A stretch of DNA of 64,000 nt from an uncultured Verrucomicrobiae bacterium (lineage in GTDB: Bacteria > Verrucomicrobiota > Verrucomicrobiia > Chthoniobacterales > UBA10450): positions 128,001-192,000 of the forward strand of contig CAWFGO010000002.1 in the NCBI GenBank assembly GCA_963815455.1, read 5' to 3'. Below, piece by piece: positions 29,296 to 40,517 of this stretch. Below the pieces are notes generated by a model. It made no database searches and was not told where the DNA came from. It worked only from the letters and a program-made list of their open reading frames with translations. The stretch's first letter is position 1; every line of letters starts with the position of its first letter. The translations under genes were made by a program, and so were the position numbers.

Positions 29296-32200
29296 ATGCT
29301 AACCCTGACAAGACATCGTGTCGCGCATCGCCACTTTCTCGCAATTGCTTTGGCCATTGGCACCCTCTTTGCAGGCATTGCTCGCGGACAACTCGGAGAA
29401 AGCAACCCGACCGGAATCGCGGGACAGTTCAACGGCAACGTCACCACAGGTTGCTCATACGATCCGTTTACCGGCAACGCCACACGCTCCGTTACAGATA
29501 TCGTCGTAGCCGGCGCGGTCGGCGAATATCCACTCGCTTTTACGCGCACCATGAACAGCCGCTTCATCGCCGGCTTGACCAACGAATTCGGCGCTGCCGG
29601 CAACTGGCGCCATTCCTACCAATGGACCATCGACACGATCACGGTCAATCAAACAGGCAGCGTGGGGCTTCCGCAGAACTACTACGTAAATTATCCGGAC
29701 GGCCGACGAATCAACTTCAGCAAAACTCGCCCCAATGACCCTGACTTTAGAGGACCCGATGGCGTGCGCGACCGCTTCGAGCAACTGGCGACTGGTGGGA
29801 CGGAATGTTATGTGCAGTTACCTGACGGCGGCAAAGTCTGGTTCCACGCCGCGGTGCAGACCACGGTTTCGGGAACCACTTATACCTCCACATATACCTT
29901 TTCGCTAAAAGGCATCATTGATCCCTACGGCCAAATCACAACGATTACGTATCCGGCAGATGGGAGCATGACTATTACTGAACCGGCAGGACGTTATCTT
30001 AAAATTTTCTATCGGATGATCACAAAAACCACCGATGGAAATCTAAACGATGTCGTCGTGAATTACGTCCAGGGAAGTGATGGCAGGAAAGTGCAGTACA
30101 CCTACATCGCTTACGTAACGCCCGGCGGGGTTCGATATACGTCTCTGACCAGTGTCACCTATTTCAACGATGCCAATCTTAAGGCCCTGTACACGTATCA
30201 AAACGCCAATACGAACGCAAACGACCGGCCGCTCATTGCCACTTGCACTGATCCCTTGTACGACGGCCCGATGTGGAAAATTGCTTACGATTTTGCGCCA
30301 AACGGAACGGGCGTAGTGCCTGGGCAATTACTTCGCGAAAAACATCCAACCGGCGCGCCCGTCTCCACCCTCATGGTCACCGGCACCAACACGCGAATGG
30401 AAACTCGAGGCGATAACCCCGCCGGCACCGGCTATGCAACGCGCACATTCACCTATTACAGCGGCGATTACAAACTCAAGAGCGTGACCGATTTCAAGGG
30501 CGTCGCCGCCACTCAAACCTACGATACTTACTCGTTGCTCAATTCAGTCATCGACCGCAGAAGCAATGAAACAACGTTTATCTACAACTTTTATGGAGGC
30601 AGCCTTCGCCGTATCCATTATCCCAATCCCGAAGACGGCGACCAGGTGGAGCTCCTTTACACTTATGGCTACTCCACTTGCCCGGATCCAAATAATCAGG
30701 ACGCCTATAACCCCTATTACCTCTACGCTGACCCTGCCGGCGTTACTTATTTTCGGGACGCGAGTAAAAGGGTAATCAAAATCGTTTATCCGGATACTGA
30801 CAACAACGACCCGACAGAGGAATTCACTTACAACGCTCGTGGCCAGGTCCTCACTCACAAATTGCGCAACGGTTCCACCGAATCCTGGACCTACGATACG
30901 AGCGGGAAAGTCACGGCTTATTGGGACGCGGCCCACCCCACCAGCGGAAAACCGACCGCCTGGTATCAGTACGATTCATATGGACGCGTATCCGGGGTGA
31001 CTGAATCGCGCGGCACTGCATCCGGCGACAAGAATTACACGACCTTATTCGCCTACAACACGCGTGGACAATTGATTAAGCTCACCCATCCCGACGGAAA
31101 AATCGTCCAGTACGTCTACAATTCCAATGGAACCCTCGCCAGCACGACTGATGAGCTTAGCCACGTCACCACCTATACGTACGACGATTACAAGCGGTTG
31201 CGCAGCGTCACCACGCCGCTTCGGGCTTCGGGGGATACAACGCCTCGGACAACCTATTATTTTTACGATCAGACCGGGACCGGAGACGACTATTCTCGCA
31301 CCGCAGCGATTCCCACAAAAGTCGTTTCGCCAGGCGGGAAAATCGTCACCACTGCGTATGATGAGAATTTGCGCACGATGAGCGTGACTGCCGTGGGCGA
31401 CTCCAGCGTGCCCGATGCCAAGACCGGTTACACCTACGATCCTAATGGGAACGTGCGCACCGTAAAAGATCCAAACGGCCAGAGCACGGGGTGCGGTCAC
31501 GACTTATTATTACGACGTCATGAACCGGGTAAAATTTATGGATGATCCGATTTCAGGCGACCTCAACTCGGACGGCCACACAGTTAGTTTTAACTACGAT
31601 GCCGGCGACCATGTAAAGAACCAGAAGAGAGTCGATGATCAAATTTGCATCTTCTTTTACGACACACTGGGGCGGATGACCAGGAGGGAGGGCTACGCAG
31701 ACGAGATCACGAAATACACGTACCATGCTTCCGGCAATATCAGCTCGTACAAATTCAAAAAATCTGATGGCACGTTTATCACTTACACCTACGCCTACGA
31801 CGCGCTCGATCGACAAATGCAGATGGCCTACGCAGCCGACGTCTACGGCGCGAGTCGATCGGAGACGTATCATTACGACATCGCCAATCATCTGGATCAA
31901 TACACCAATCCCGCCGGCCAGGTAAAAACGCTTACTTATGACAAGCGGGGCCGGTTAACCAACACATCCTGGAACGCGAACGGCCCGAATATTACAATTG
32001 TTTATGACGCCGCCAGTCGCCCTGCCAGTATCTCAACGTCCGCATATACTGTCGCGGGGGTCACGTTGCCGACAACGACCACCGCATTTGGCTACGACAA
32101 CGCCAACAACCGAATTTACGAGGATCAGACCGTGGGCAATATTACCCGGCGCGTGCAAACCGATCCTGATGCCGACGGCAGCCGCAAAAACCTGTTGGTC

Positions 32201-34138
32201 AAGACTGGCAGCACTATCAATTTTGCCAACTATTTCGACTACACCAGCCGAAACGAACTTCTCAACATCAAGGACAGCAGTCAAAATCCGTTCTTTAAGT
32301 ATTTTTACGACGCCAGCGGTAATGTTACCCAACGACAAAATCAGCGCCTGTCCGGTGACTCGACAATGTTGCAGGACCATGCCATGAACCGGCCAATTCA
32401 GTGCAACCAAAACCGGCCTGGCGCCACGAACTTTGCTGTTAGCCATTACGACTACACCAAGCGCGGCAATCTGCGGGACACTTGGCGTGATGAAGAAGGC
32501 GGCAAAGGCGAATACTTCACCTACGACGACCTGAATCAGCTCCAGAGCGGCATGTATTCAGCCACAGGAGTCAAGCCGGGTCAGACTGCCTCCAACCCGG
32601 CGATCAGCGTCGACTACACCTTGAGCAAACGGACGCGCAGCGGCGTGACCGTGATCGACAAAACCGTAAGTCCACAGACGACCACAACAACCAACTATAC
32701 CAGCGTCGATCTCAATCAATATTCCAATATCACGGTGAACGGGGTTAATCGTCCGCTCAGTTGGGACAACAATTTCAATCTCATTACCTACAACGGCTGG
32801 GCCTACAGCTATGACGCCGAAAATCGATTGATTTCGGTGAGTGGCAGCGGCCATAGCGCCACTTTCACCTACGACGCCGTGGGTCGCTGCGTGAAACGGG
32901 TGGTCGACGGTGTGACCAGAATTTACACCTACGATCAGTGGACGCCCGTGGCCGAGTGGGACGGCAGCGGGAACCTGATCGCCACAAACGTTTACGGACT
33001 CGGCGATGACGAAGTCCTTTACCGCTCGGCCGGTTCCACTCAACTCTACTTCAAATCCGACCCGATGGGGAATGTGAAATTTCTATTGGATGCCAGCGGA
33101 AACGGAATTGAGAAGTATTCTTATGACGCGTTTGGCCAGGCTAAAATCACCGACTGGAATGGAGGCGCACGATCCGACAGCACTTATGGCAACCGGTTCA
33201 TGTACAGCGGCCGAGAGTTTTTCTCCGGCCTCGGCCTCTACGACATGCGCCACCGCGTTTACGACCCAAACATGGGCCGTTTCTATCAAACCGATCCCAT
33301 CGGCTTCGGAGGCGATCCGCTGAACCTGTATCGCTTCAGCGGCAATAACCCATTGCTCGGTGGTGATCCAATGGGCCTGTTTTCAATTGGTGGCGCTTTT
33401 ACTGCGGTCTGGAACACTCTGAGCAGTGCACATAATTACGTCTTCTCCCATTTGAATGTTGGTTCAGGAGAGGGCCACTCCTCGAGCAATCAGCCTGGAA
33501 TCAACTCCGATCCGCTCGGAGTCGGAGTTGGCCCAACCCTCAATGAGCCTTACAGCGGGAATTACTCTTGGAGCTATACTGCGACGGCAGGCACCTTCGC
33601 TGGCGGATCAAATCCCGGTTTGATTAGCTCGGATTACGCTGGAAGGTCCTCATCATCAACCGCCGCGGCTCTCCGTGTATTCACAAACGTCGGAAATGAA
33701 AATCCTATCGTCAGAGCAACACTCGCTCAAATGATGGGATCTCCACTAGCAGCCAAAACGCTAGCCCGCGCTGCGCAGCAAGGAAACGTCGATCTGGTAT
33801 TCAATACTGATCCTACAAAGTGGGGCTACTACAATGCGACCGTCTTCAATAAGGACACGAACAGACACACAATTTATTGGGATCCGCTAGCCTATTATAA
33901 GACAGCGGATGGCAGGGTCCTTCCCCCCGTCCTGCTGCTTGCACACGAAATTTTCCACACGACACAACCGAAAACATGGTGGTTTCGCAATCGTCCCTTT
34001 CTTCATTGGTGGGAGTATAGTGGTTACCCCGAATACGATGCCATTGTTAATTTCGAACAACCTGTAGCCGACGAGTTGGGTTTACCAAAACGCTTCTCTA
34101 GTTGGAAAGGGAGGTTTACTCACACTCCAAATCGTTAA
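29296..34138 (+). CDS. Rhs/YD-repeat polymorphic toxin with signal peptide and C-terminal HExxH domain; one frameshift at about 31488-31491
   Basis: AGGAGG at 29281; signal ...FLAIALAIGTLFAGIARG; many YxYD repeats over both supplied ORFs; Rhs core RFYQTDPIG...NNPLLGGDPMGL; LAHEIFH. Removing one G from GGGG joins the two ORFs (STGAVTTYYYDVMNR). Confidence 0.88.
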
Positions 34139-34152
34139 TCAAGTGGTGCCCG

Positions 34153-34737
34153 ATGAAATGTAGTTCGATTGAAATTTGGACGCTAATGCTCGCTGCTGCC
34201 GGGAGTCTTCTTGTCGGTTGTCACGACAACGCTTTGGAGCCGGTCGTAGATACATTGCAGCGATCGCTCAAAGATGGAACGGTCATTCGTATGAGGGTGA
34301 ACCACGTTCCATATTTCACCATTTCAGGGCCAATTCAGCCTTACCAAATGCATGATGGCGGCTTGGAAATATCCTCCGATACAGTTCCCGGTCCGTTTGA
34401 AAGCCTAAGCCGAGCACTACAAGAAGTGACTGCGACGCCTGTCCATCATCCACCGGATGTAATTCATGGACAATCGACAATTCGCTGGGAGGGCCAGATT
34501 AACTTTCCAGTTGATGTTCGTTGGAGCTGTATTCTGTATGACAAGAATGGTAACGAAATCGGCTCTATCTTCCTCGGTAGACGCTCGTGGTGGGGAAACG
34601 GCAATATGGGAATTGTGAATGGCAAACTCCTGAATCTCAACGGCGTCTTATCTTCTTGGTTTGAGGATAATTTTCTGAAACTGTTTGATGAACGGTTCCC
34701 GGTTCCTGAAAGCCCGTCACCGAGTTTGTCGAGATGA
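34153..34737 (+). CDS. Lipoprotein, candidate immunity protein
   Basis: Starts 14 nt after the Rhs stop; lipobox AGSLLVGC; visibly more AT-rich, like the toxin tip. Confidence 0.7.
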   Translation: MKCSSIEIWTLMLAAAGSLLVGCHDNALEPVVDTLQRSLKDGTVIRMRVNHVPYFTISGPIQPYQMHDGGLEISSDTVPGPFESLSRALQEVTATPVHHPPDVIHGQSTIRWEGQINFPVDVRWSCILYDKNGNEIGSIFLGRRSWWGNGNMGIVNGKLLNLNGVLSSWFEDNFLKLFDERFPVPESPSPSLSR

Positions 34738-34850
34738 TGCACGACAGAAAGACCTTCTTCTGGAAGAAGCAGCACGGCAGAAAGGGGCTGGCTGGCCTTG
34801 CTTTGATTTGCCGGACAGGGTCGTGGAGCCCAGCCGGAGCACGGGAAAGA

Positions 34851-34874
34851 CCGGGATCAGCGATCCCGGCTACA
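34851..34874 (-). repeat. GTAG-type REP palindrome
   Basis: TGTAGCCGGGATCGCTGATCCCGG; near-identical copy at 62278-62301. Confidence 0.75.
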
Positions 34875-34907
34875 AGTGGGCCTTGTCTAGCGTCTTGACG
34901 GGATAAA

Positions 34908-34944
34908 TTGAGCGTTGGACGTTGGGCATTGGACGTTGGACGTT
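34908..34944 (+). repeat. Heptamer tandem repeat (TTGGACG-like)
   Basis: TTGAGCG TTGGACG TTGGGCA TTGGACG TTGGACG TT just upstream of rpe; a similar run lies at 60477-60512. Confidence 0.8.
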
Positions 34945-34951
34945 TTCTTCA

Positions 34952-35614
34952 ATGCAGAAAATCATTGTCGCGCCCTCCATTCTCGCATCCGATTTTTCCA
35001 AACTGGCGGATGAACTCCGGCGCGTCGAGGAGGCCGGCGCCGACTGGATCCATTGCGATATCATGGACGGCCATTTCGTGGACAACATTTCTTTCGGACC
35101 GGCGATCGTCGGTTTCGTGCGTAAACACACGCGACTTCCACTCGATGTCCATTTGATGATCGAGCATGCCGACCATTATGTGCCGCGTTTTGTCGAAGCA
35201 GGGGCGAATTCAATTACCGTCCACGTCGAGCCGGAAGCGAAGCACAACGTCGCGGAGACGCTACATCAAATTCGCAAGGCCGGTTGTCGAGTCGGACTGA
35301 CTCTGAATCCGGCGACGCCCTTTGAACAGCTCGAACCGTTTCTCGATAAGATCGACATGTTGCTGGTGATGACAGTTCATCCCGGGTTTGGCGGACAGTC
35401 CTTCCGATCGGATCAAATGGAAAAAGTGAAACGAGCTGCGGAATGGAACAAATCGCGGGAGCGTAAGATCGACATCGAAGTCGATGGCGGCATCAATCCC
35501 GAGACCGCGCGCATGTCGATCCAAAACGGCGCCAATGTTCTCGTCGCCGGCACGTCGATCTTTCGCGCGCATGATTACGCGAAGGCGATTCGCGATTTGC
35601 GCGGGTCTGGATAG
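34952..35614 (+). CDS. rpe: Ribulose-phosphate 3-epimerase
   Basis: APSILASDF, HCDIMDGHFV, LDVHLM, MTVHPGFGGQ, EVDGGI. Confidence 0.97.
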   Translation: MQKIIVAPSILASDFSKLADELRRVEEAGADWIHCDIMDGHFVDNISFGPAIVGFVRKHTRLPLDVHLMIEHADHYVPRFVEAGANSITVHVEPEAKHNVAETLHQIRKAGCRVGLTLNPATPFEQLEPFLDKIDMLLVMTVHPGFGGQSFRSDQMEKVKRAAEWNKSRERKIDIEVDGGINPETARMSIQNGANVLVAGTSIFRAHDYAKAIRDLRGSG

Positions 35615-35628
35615 CGCACGTGCTCCTG

Positions 35629-35776
35629 TCCGGGGAGCACAGGCTGCCAGCCTGTAGTTGCCGGCAGCTTGCCGGCAACGCTCTGCAACGCTCAACGCTC
35701 TCGAAAGGCACACGAATCAAGAAGCAGTCTCGGCAAGCTGCCGAGACTTACAGGCTGGCAGCCTGTGCTCCCCGGA
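35629..35776. repeat. Inverted pair of REP-like units between convergent genes
   Basis: TCCGGGGAGCACAGGCTGCCAGCCTGTA...TACAGGCTGGCAGCCTGTGCTCCCCGGA: 28-bp perfect terminal inverted repeat with internal palindromes. Confidence 0.85.
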
Positions 35777-35792
35777 ATAGAAGCTCTCGCTC

Positions 35793-37532
35793 CTACCCGC
35801 CCATTACCGGCTCGGCTTCGGCCGCCGTTTCGGCCATCACTTCGTCGGTCTGGGTAACGCGCACGACTTCTTCAATGGTTGTTTTGCCCTGCGAAACGCG
35901 GCGCCAGCCGTCCTCCCGCAAAGTCTCCATGCCCTCGGCAATCGCGCAGTGCTTCAGCTCGCCGCCGTCACATTTTCGCATGATCTTCTTCCGCAACGGC
36001 TCGGTCACCACGCAGATTTCATAGATCGCGGCGCGGCCTTGATAACCGGTCTGCCGGCATTGATCGCACCCTTTGCCGCGCAAAAACTTGGTGCCATGTT
36101 CCTTTATCGGAAATCCGATCTCGGTAAGATAATCCGGCGGATACGCGACCGTCTCGGCGCAGTCCGGACAGATTGTGCGCACGAGACGTTGCGCGATGAA
36201 AGCCTTCACCACCGAGGCGAGGAGGAACGGCTCCACGTCCATGTCGAGCAGGCGGGTGATGCCGCCGACGGCATCGTTCGTGTGCAGTGTGCTGAAAACA
36301 AGGTGACCGGTCATGGCCGCGCGAATGGCAATGTCGGCTGTCTCAACGTCGCGAATTTCACCGACCATTACCACGTTCGGATCCTGGCGCAGAATGTGCC
36401 GAAGGCCCTTGGCAAAGGTGAGATCTATTTCCGGTTTCACGTCGATCTGCGACACACCCGGCAACCGGTATTCCACTGGTTCCTCGATGGTAATGATGCG
36501 GCGCTGCACTGAATTGATGCTGCTGAGAAAGCAATAAAGCGAAGTCGATTTTCCGCATCCAGTGGGGCCGGTCAGCAAAATGATTCCGTTCGGCTGGGCC
36601 AACAGATGCCGAATGATTTCCTCCTGTTTCGGGCTCAGATCCAGTCGCTCGAAGTTGAATTGCTGTTCCCCGCGGCTGAGCAATCGCAAGCTGATCGATT
36701 CGCCGTTGACGGTGGGAATGGTCGAGACGCGCACGTCGATTTCCTGGCGATTGGCGTGCAGATTCATCCGGCCGTCCTGGGGCAGACGCCGTTCGGCAAT
36801 GTCCATGTGCGACATCACTTTCAGGCGTGAGATGATGGCCGATTGCAACACACGAAGCTGTGGCGGAACCGCAACCTCATGCAAAATGCCGTCAATCCGG
36901 TAACGAATCCGCAAATCGTTCTCGAGCGGCTCCACGTGAATGTCCGTGGCCCTCTCAATGATCGCCTCGCGAATAATCTGGTTCACAAACTTCACTACCG
37001 ACGCTTCCGGATCATCATCATTGAGCTCAATGGCGGTTTCACTATCGTGAAGCACCTCGAATGCGCGATTGGTCTTCAGAATCTCGTCGAATGTCTCCGC
37101 GCCGACGCCGTAGAGCGTTTTCATCGCGCGCAGAAGCTGCGTGCGCGGCACCAGAACCCATTCGGCCGGTTTTTTCAGAAGCTGCGAGGCAAGCTGGCGC
37201 CCGATGGAATTGAAAAGATCATACGTCGCCAGCACAACCGCGTTTTCCTTCACCTCGATTGGCAGAATGTGATGTTGAAAAACAAAACGGCTGGGCAGGA
37301 TCGACAACGTCTCCCGGTCGATCTTCTTTGGGTCGAGCGTGATCACCGGGACGCGGAAGAAATTTCCGATCACGCTTAGGAACCGTTGCTCGTCCACTTT
37401 TCCGGAATCGAGCACCTGACTCGTCCAGGAGCCGCCATTGAGGCCGGAAACGAGCTCGACCGCTTCCTCGCGCGAGGGCACACCGCTGGCGACAAGCAAA
37501 TCGATAACTGACTGGCTGACCGGCGCGCTCAC
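35793..37532 (-). CDS. gspE: Type II secretion / pilus assembly ATPase (GspE/PulE)
   Basis: DIHVEP, RRLPQDGR, GPTGCGKST, LRQDPNVVMVGEIRD, STLHTND, CPDC...CDQC. Confidence 0.93.
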   Translation of the reverse strand: MSAPVSQSVIDLLVASGVPSREEAVELVSGLNGGSWTSQVLDSGKVDEQRFLSVIGNFFRVPVITLDPKKIDRETLSILPSRFVFQHHILPIEVKENAVVLATYDLFNSIGRQLASQLLKKPAEWVLVPRTQLLRAMKTLYGVGAETFDEILKTNRAFEVLHDSETAIELNDDDPEASVVKFVNQIIREAIIERATDIHVEPLENDLRIRYRIDGILHEVAVPPQLRVLQSAIISRLKVMSHMDIAERRLPQDGRMNLHANRQEIDVRVSTIPTVNGESISLRLLSRGEQQFNFERLDLSPKQEEIIRHLLAQPNGIILLTGPTGCGKSTSLYCFLSSINSVQRRIITIEEPVEYRLPGVSQIDVKPEIDLTFAKGLRHILRQDPNVVMVGEIRDVETADIAIRAAMTGHLVFSTLHTNDAVGGITRLLDMDVEPFLLASVVKAFIAQRLVRTICPDCAETVAYPPDYLTEIGFPIKEHGTKFLRGKGCDQCRQTGYQGRAAIYEICVVTEPLRKKIMRKCDGGELKHCAIAEGMETLREDGWRRVSQGKTTIEEVVRVTQTDEVMAETAAEAEPVMGG

Positions 37533-39937
37533 TTTTCTTTTACGGGGGGAAGATCAGGCGGAGGAAGTTGTTTTTCGGAGGATTCGTATTCCTCCTCGTC
37601 TTGGCCCTGATTGAGCGGCGGCTGTTTGTCCAGTTCCTTATTAAGCGCCATTTTCTCCTTCGTCGTCTGACGTAGTCGGTATAGATCGAGCTTGGTCAGC
37701 GTCACTTCCGGTCGCATCAGAATGATGAGTTCCGTGCGCATCTTATTTTGCGTCGTGCTCCGGAACAGATACCCGAGCAAAGGAATACGGTCTAAAACGG
37801 GAACGCCGTTATAATTCTTCTGTTTGCTATCGGTAATAAGGCCGCCTAAAACGATCGTAGATCGGTTAGGCGCCGCCACCGTGGTGCGAATGTACCGCGT
37901 GGCGATGTTTGGAATTTGATTGCCGTCCACAGTGGTTGATCCGGCCAGACTGTCGATCTTCTGCAGGATATCCAGCGACACTTCGTTTTCCGAGTTGATC
38001 AGCGGGACAACTTCAAGTTGAAGCGCGACTTTCTTAAACTGAATGTTCGACTGTTGCGCCACGCCACCAACCACATTTTGATTCGTCGAAAGCGTACTAA
38101 CAGGCACTGGAATTTCCGTTCCTGAAGCAATGATCGCTTTCTTGTTGTTGCTCGTGAACACCATCGGCCGCGAAATGACCCTGAAGTTACCTGTCGAGTT
38201 GAGCGCATGCACAACCGCGGCAAGGGTGTTTCCGGCAGCGAGATAAATATTTGTGCCGCTAGCCGCGTGCTGCGCGAGCTGAGTGAAACTGATCAAGTTC
38301 GCGGGATCGAAAATATTTCCACCAGTGCTGGTCGTAATTGGGGTTCCGCCGGGACTGGGACCGGGTGAGCTCGTGCTGGTACCACCTCCAGCGATCGGAG
38401 GAATTCCAGTATTATTGGTGGTGCCCACTGTGTCCAAGCCTCGGCGATGCCTCAGAAAATAATCGACGCCGAATTCTTCATCGTTACTCAGAGTGAGTTC
38501 GCCGATTACCGTGCTGAGCGCGACCTGCGGCGCGCTTATGTCCATCTCATCCAGAATTTTTTGCACTTTGACAACCACTTCCCGATTGCCGAGCACGATG
38601 ATCGCATTGGCGCGCTGGTCGGCGATGATCTTCGCATTGCCGATCGTGACCGCTTTCGGAGTGGTATCGACAGCATTGGTGGAAAGCTCTTCCGAGATGT
38701 TGAGAGTGCCTTCGCCGGAACTGCCGCCGGTTCCGTTCAGACCCGTCGACGACGGCGAATTGCGTTGCCGTTGCTGCTGTTGTTGCTGCTGAGGTTGCAA
38801 CCCTTGCGCGCCCGCGGCCGCTCCACCGGCTCCCTCCGCGCCCGGCTCGGTTAGAGCCTGCACCAGCACCGGAAGGACGTCGCCTGCCGAAATGTATCTC
38901 AATGGCCTGGTAACTGGCTTGGCGAATTCCACGTTGGCATCGAACTGCGCCACCAACTTGCGGACAAAGGGCATGTTGATCGGCCGCGTCACCACGTGGA
39001 TCCGGTTCGTCCGCACATCCGCCGTGAGTTTGATCTTGCCTACTACCACCGCGTCTTCGGTCAGCGCGGTTAGCGACCCGAGCTCGCTTTCGACTTTTTC
39101 CACTTGCGGCACAGGCTGAACCCGCACCCCCCGCACGCCGGGCCCGGGTTGCGGTTGGACGCCCGGTGGCTGCGCGCCTTTTTCGAAAATTTCCTTCAAT
39201 AGATCGACAACCTTGCTCGCGTCGGCGCGGTCCAGCTTGATGAACTCACTCACGACTTCCGCCGGCGGGATGTCCACCTGGTCGATGATCTTCACCAGTT
39301 TGCGTATCACGGCTGTGTTTTCGGTAACGAGGAGACTGCCCGATTTCGGCAGGGCCAGGAACGACGTATACGTGCCACTCGGCGGCGATAAGTATTGCCC
39401 CAGTACCTGCTGCAATTCCTGCGGGTCGGCGTAATGCAATCTGAACAGGTAACTCACTACGTGTTCGCCCGGCGGAATTTCCGATTCGTCGGAAAGGACG
39501 GGGATACCAGCGGTGCGAGGATTTTTCCCGGTCCCGATCACCTTCACGATATCGTCCGCCGCCGGCACCAGGGAAAAGCCGTTCATGAGCAAATTCATCT
39601 CGATAATTTGAATCGCTTCTTCGCGGGGAATTTTCTTGGCGATGAAAATGTTCACTTTGCCCTGGACGAAGTTATCCATGACCATCTTCTTGCCCGTGAG
39701 CTGCTCGTAAAGACGGAGGACGTCGGCCACATCGCTGTTAGGGTACTGCAGCTGAACCATGTCGGGAGCGCCTGGTGGGGCCGTGGCGGGTACCTGCACG
39801 GGCTGCGGCGCCGCCACGATGGGCCGAACGGCTGGCGGGGGCGGCGTAGGCGTATCTTCTTCGTCCTCGTCTTCCTGGGCGAAAGTGACGGCCATCGCGG
39901 CGAGTAGCACGCCGATTACGTAGAAAGATTTCAACAC
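37529..39937 (-). CDS. gspD: Type II secretion secretin GspD
   Basis: Signal peptide, N-domains (ADVRTNRI, ADQRANAI), secretin domain (SNNKKAII...GTEIP, VLGGLI, VPVLDRIPLLGYLF, TELIILMRP). Confidence 0.92.
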   Translation of the reverse strand: MLKSFYVIGVLLAAMAVTFAQEDEDEEDTPTPPPPAVRPIVAAPQPVQVPATAPPGAPDMVQLQYPNSDVADVLRLYEQLTGKKMVMDNFVQGKVNIFIAKKIPREEAIQIIEMNLLMNGFSLVPAADDIVKVIGTGKNPRTAGIPVLSDESEIPPGEHVVSYLFRLHYADPQELQQVLGQYLSPPSGTYTSFLALPKSGSLLVTENTAVIRKLVKIIDQVDIPPAEVVSEFIKLDRADASKVVDLLKEIFEKGAQPPGVQPQPGPGVRGVRVQPVPQVEKVESELGSLTALTEDAVVVGKIKLTADVRTNRIHVVTRPINMPFVRKLVAQFDANVEFAKPVTRPLRYISAGDVLPVLVQALTEPGAEGAGGAAAGAQGLQPQQQQQQQRQRNSPSSTGLNGTGGSSGEGTLNISEELSTNAVDTTPKAVTIGNAKIIADQRANAIIVLGNREVVVKVQKILDEMDISAPQVALSTVIGELTLSNDEEFGVDYFLRHRRGLDTVGTTNNTGIPPIAGGGTSTSSPGPSPGGTPITTSTGGNIFDPANLISFTQLAQHAASGTNIYLAAGNTLAAVVHALNSTGNFRVISRPMVFTSNNKKAIIASGTEIPVPVSTLSTNQNVVGGVAQQSNIQFKKVALQLEVVPLINSENEVSLDILQKIDSLAGSTTVDGNQIPNIATRYIRTTVAAPNRSTIVLGGLITDSKQKNYNGVPVLDRIPLLGYLFRSTTQNKMRTELIILMRPEVTLTKLDLYRLRQTTKEKMALNKELDKQPPLNQGQDEEEYESSEKQLPPPDLPPVKEK

Positions 39938-40047
39938 GGTCGTATTTACTTGTTCACCCTATCACGGTCAACCCGCTTCGCCTATGGGAAACAGGTGCCC
40001 CAGTTCTACTGGACAGCTTAAGCGCCGAAGCCTTAGAAAAATCGACC

Positions 40048-40497
40048 ATGGCTCGCAAAATGGTTCCATTCATTGTAACCTCGATCCTCCTGGGAGCAGC
40101 AAGCGTTCCCTTGCTTGCCTCCCGATTGGCTACCGACGATATCCGGGCCGTAATTCGAGACCAGCAAGATGCTTGGAATCGGGGCGACATCGACGGATTC
40201 ATGAATGGTTACGCTCGGACAGGATCGACAACGTTCGTTTCCGAGGACACCGTCACGCGTGGCTGGCAAACCGTTCGCGATCGTTACAAAAAGAAATATT
40301 CCGATCGCGCGAAAATGGGCACGCTCACGTTTTCCGATCTTGAGATCACGCTTTTGTCAGGGGATTGGGCTGTCGCCCTTGGCCGGTGGAAATTGACCCG
40401 GGAAAAGGATCAGCCACACGGAAGGTTCACGCTCATCTTCCGGCGCCTACCCGAAGGCTGGAGAATCGTCCACGATCACACCAGCGCGGCGAAATAA
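40048..40497 (+). CDS. Exported NTF2-like (DUF4440/YybH-type) protein
   Basis: QQDAWNRGDIDGFMNGY, GRFTLIFRR, GWRIVHDHTS. Confidence 0.88.
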   Translation: MARKMVPFIVTSILLGAASVPLLASRLATDDIRAVIRDQQDAWNRGDIDGFMNGYARTGSTTFVSEDTVTRGWQTVRDRYKKKYSDRAKMGTLTFSDLEITLLSGDWAVALGRWKLTREKDQPHGRFTLIFRRLPEGWRIVHDHTSAAK

Positions 40498-40517
40498 ATT
40501 TACGACGCACCAAAGTT

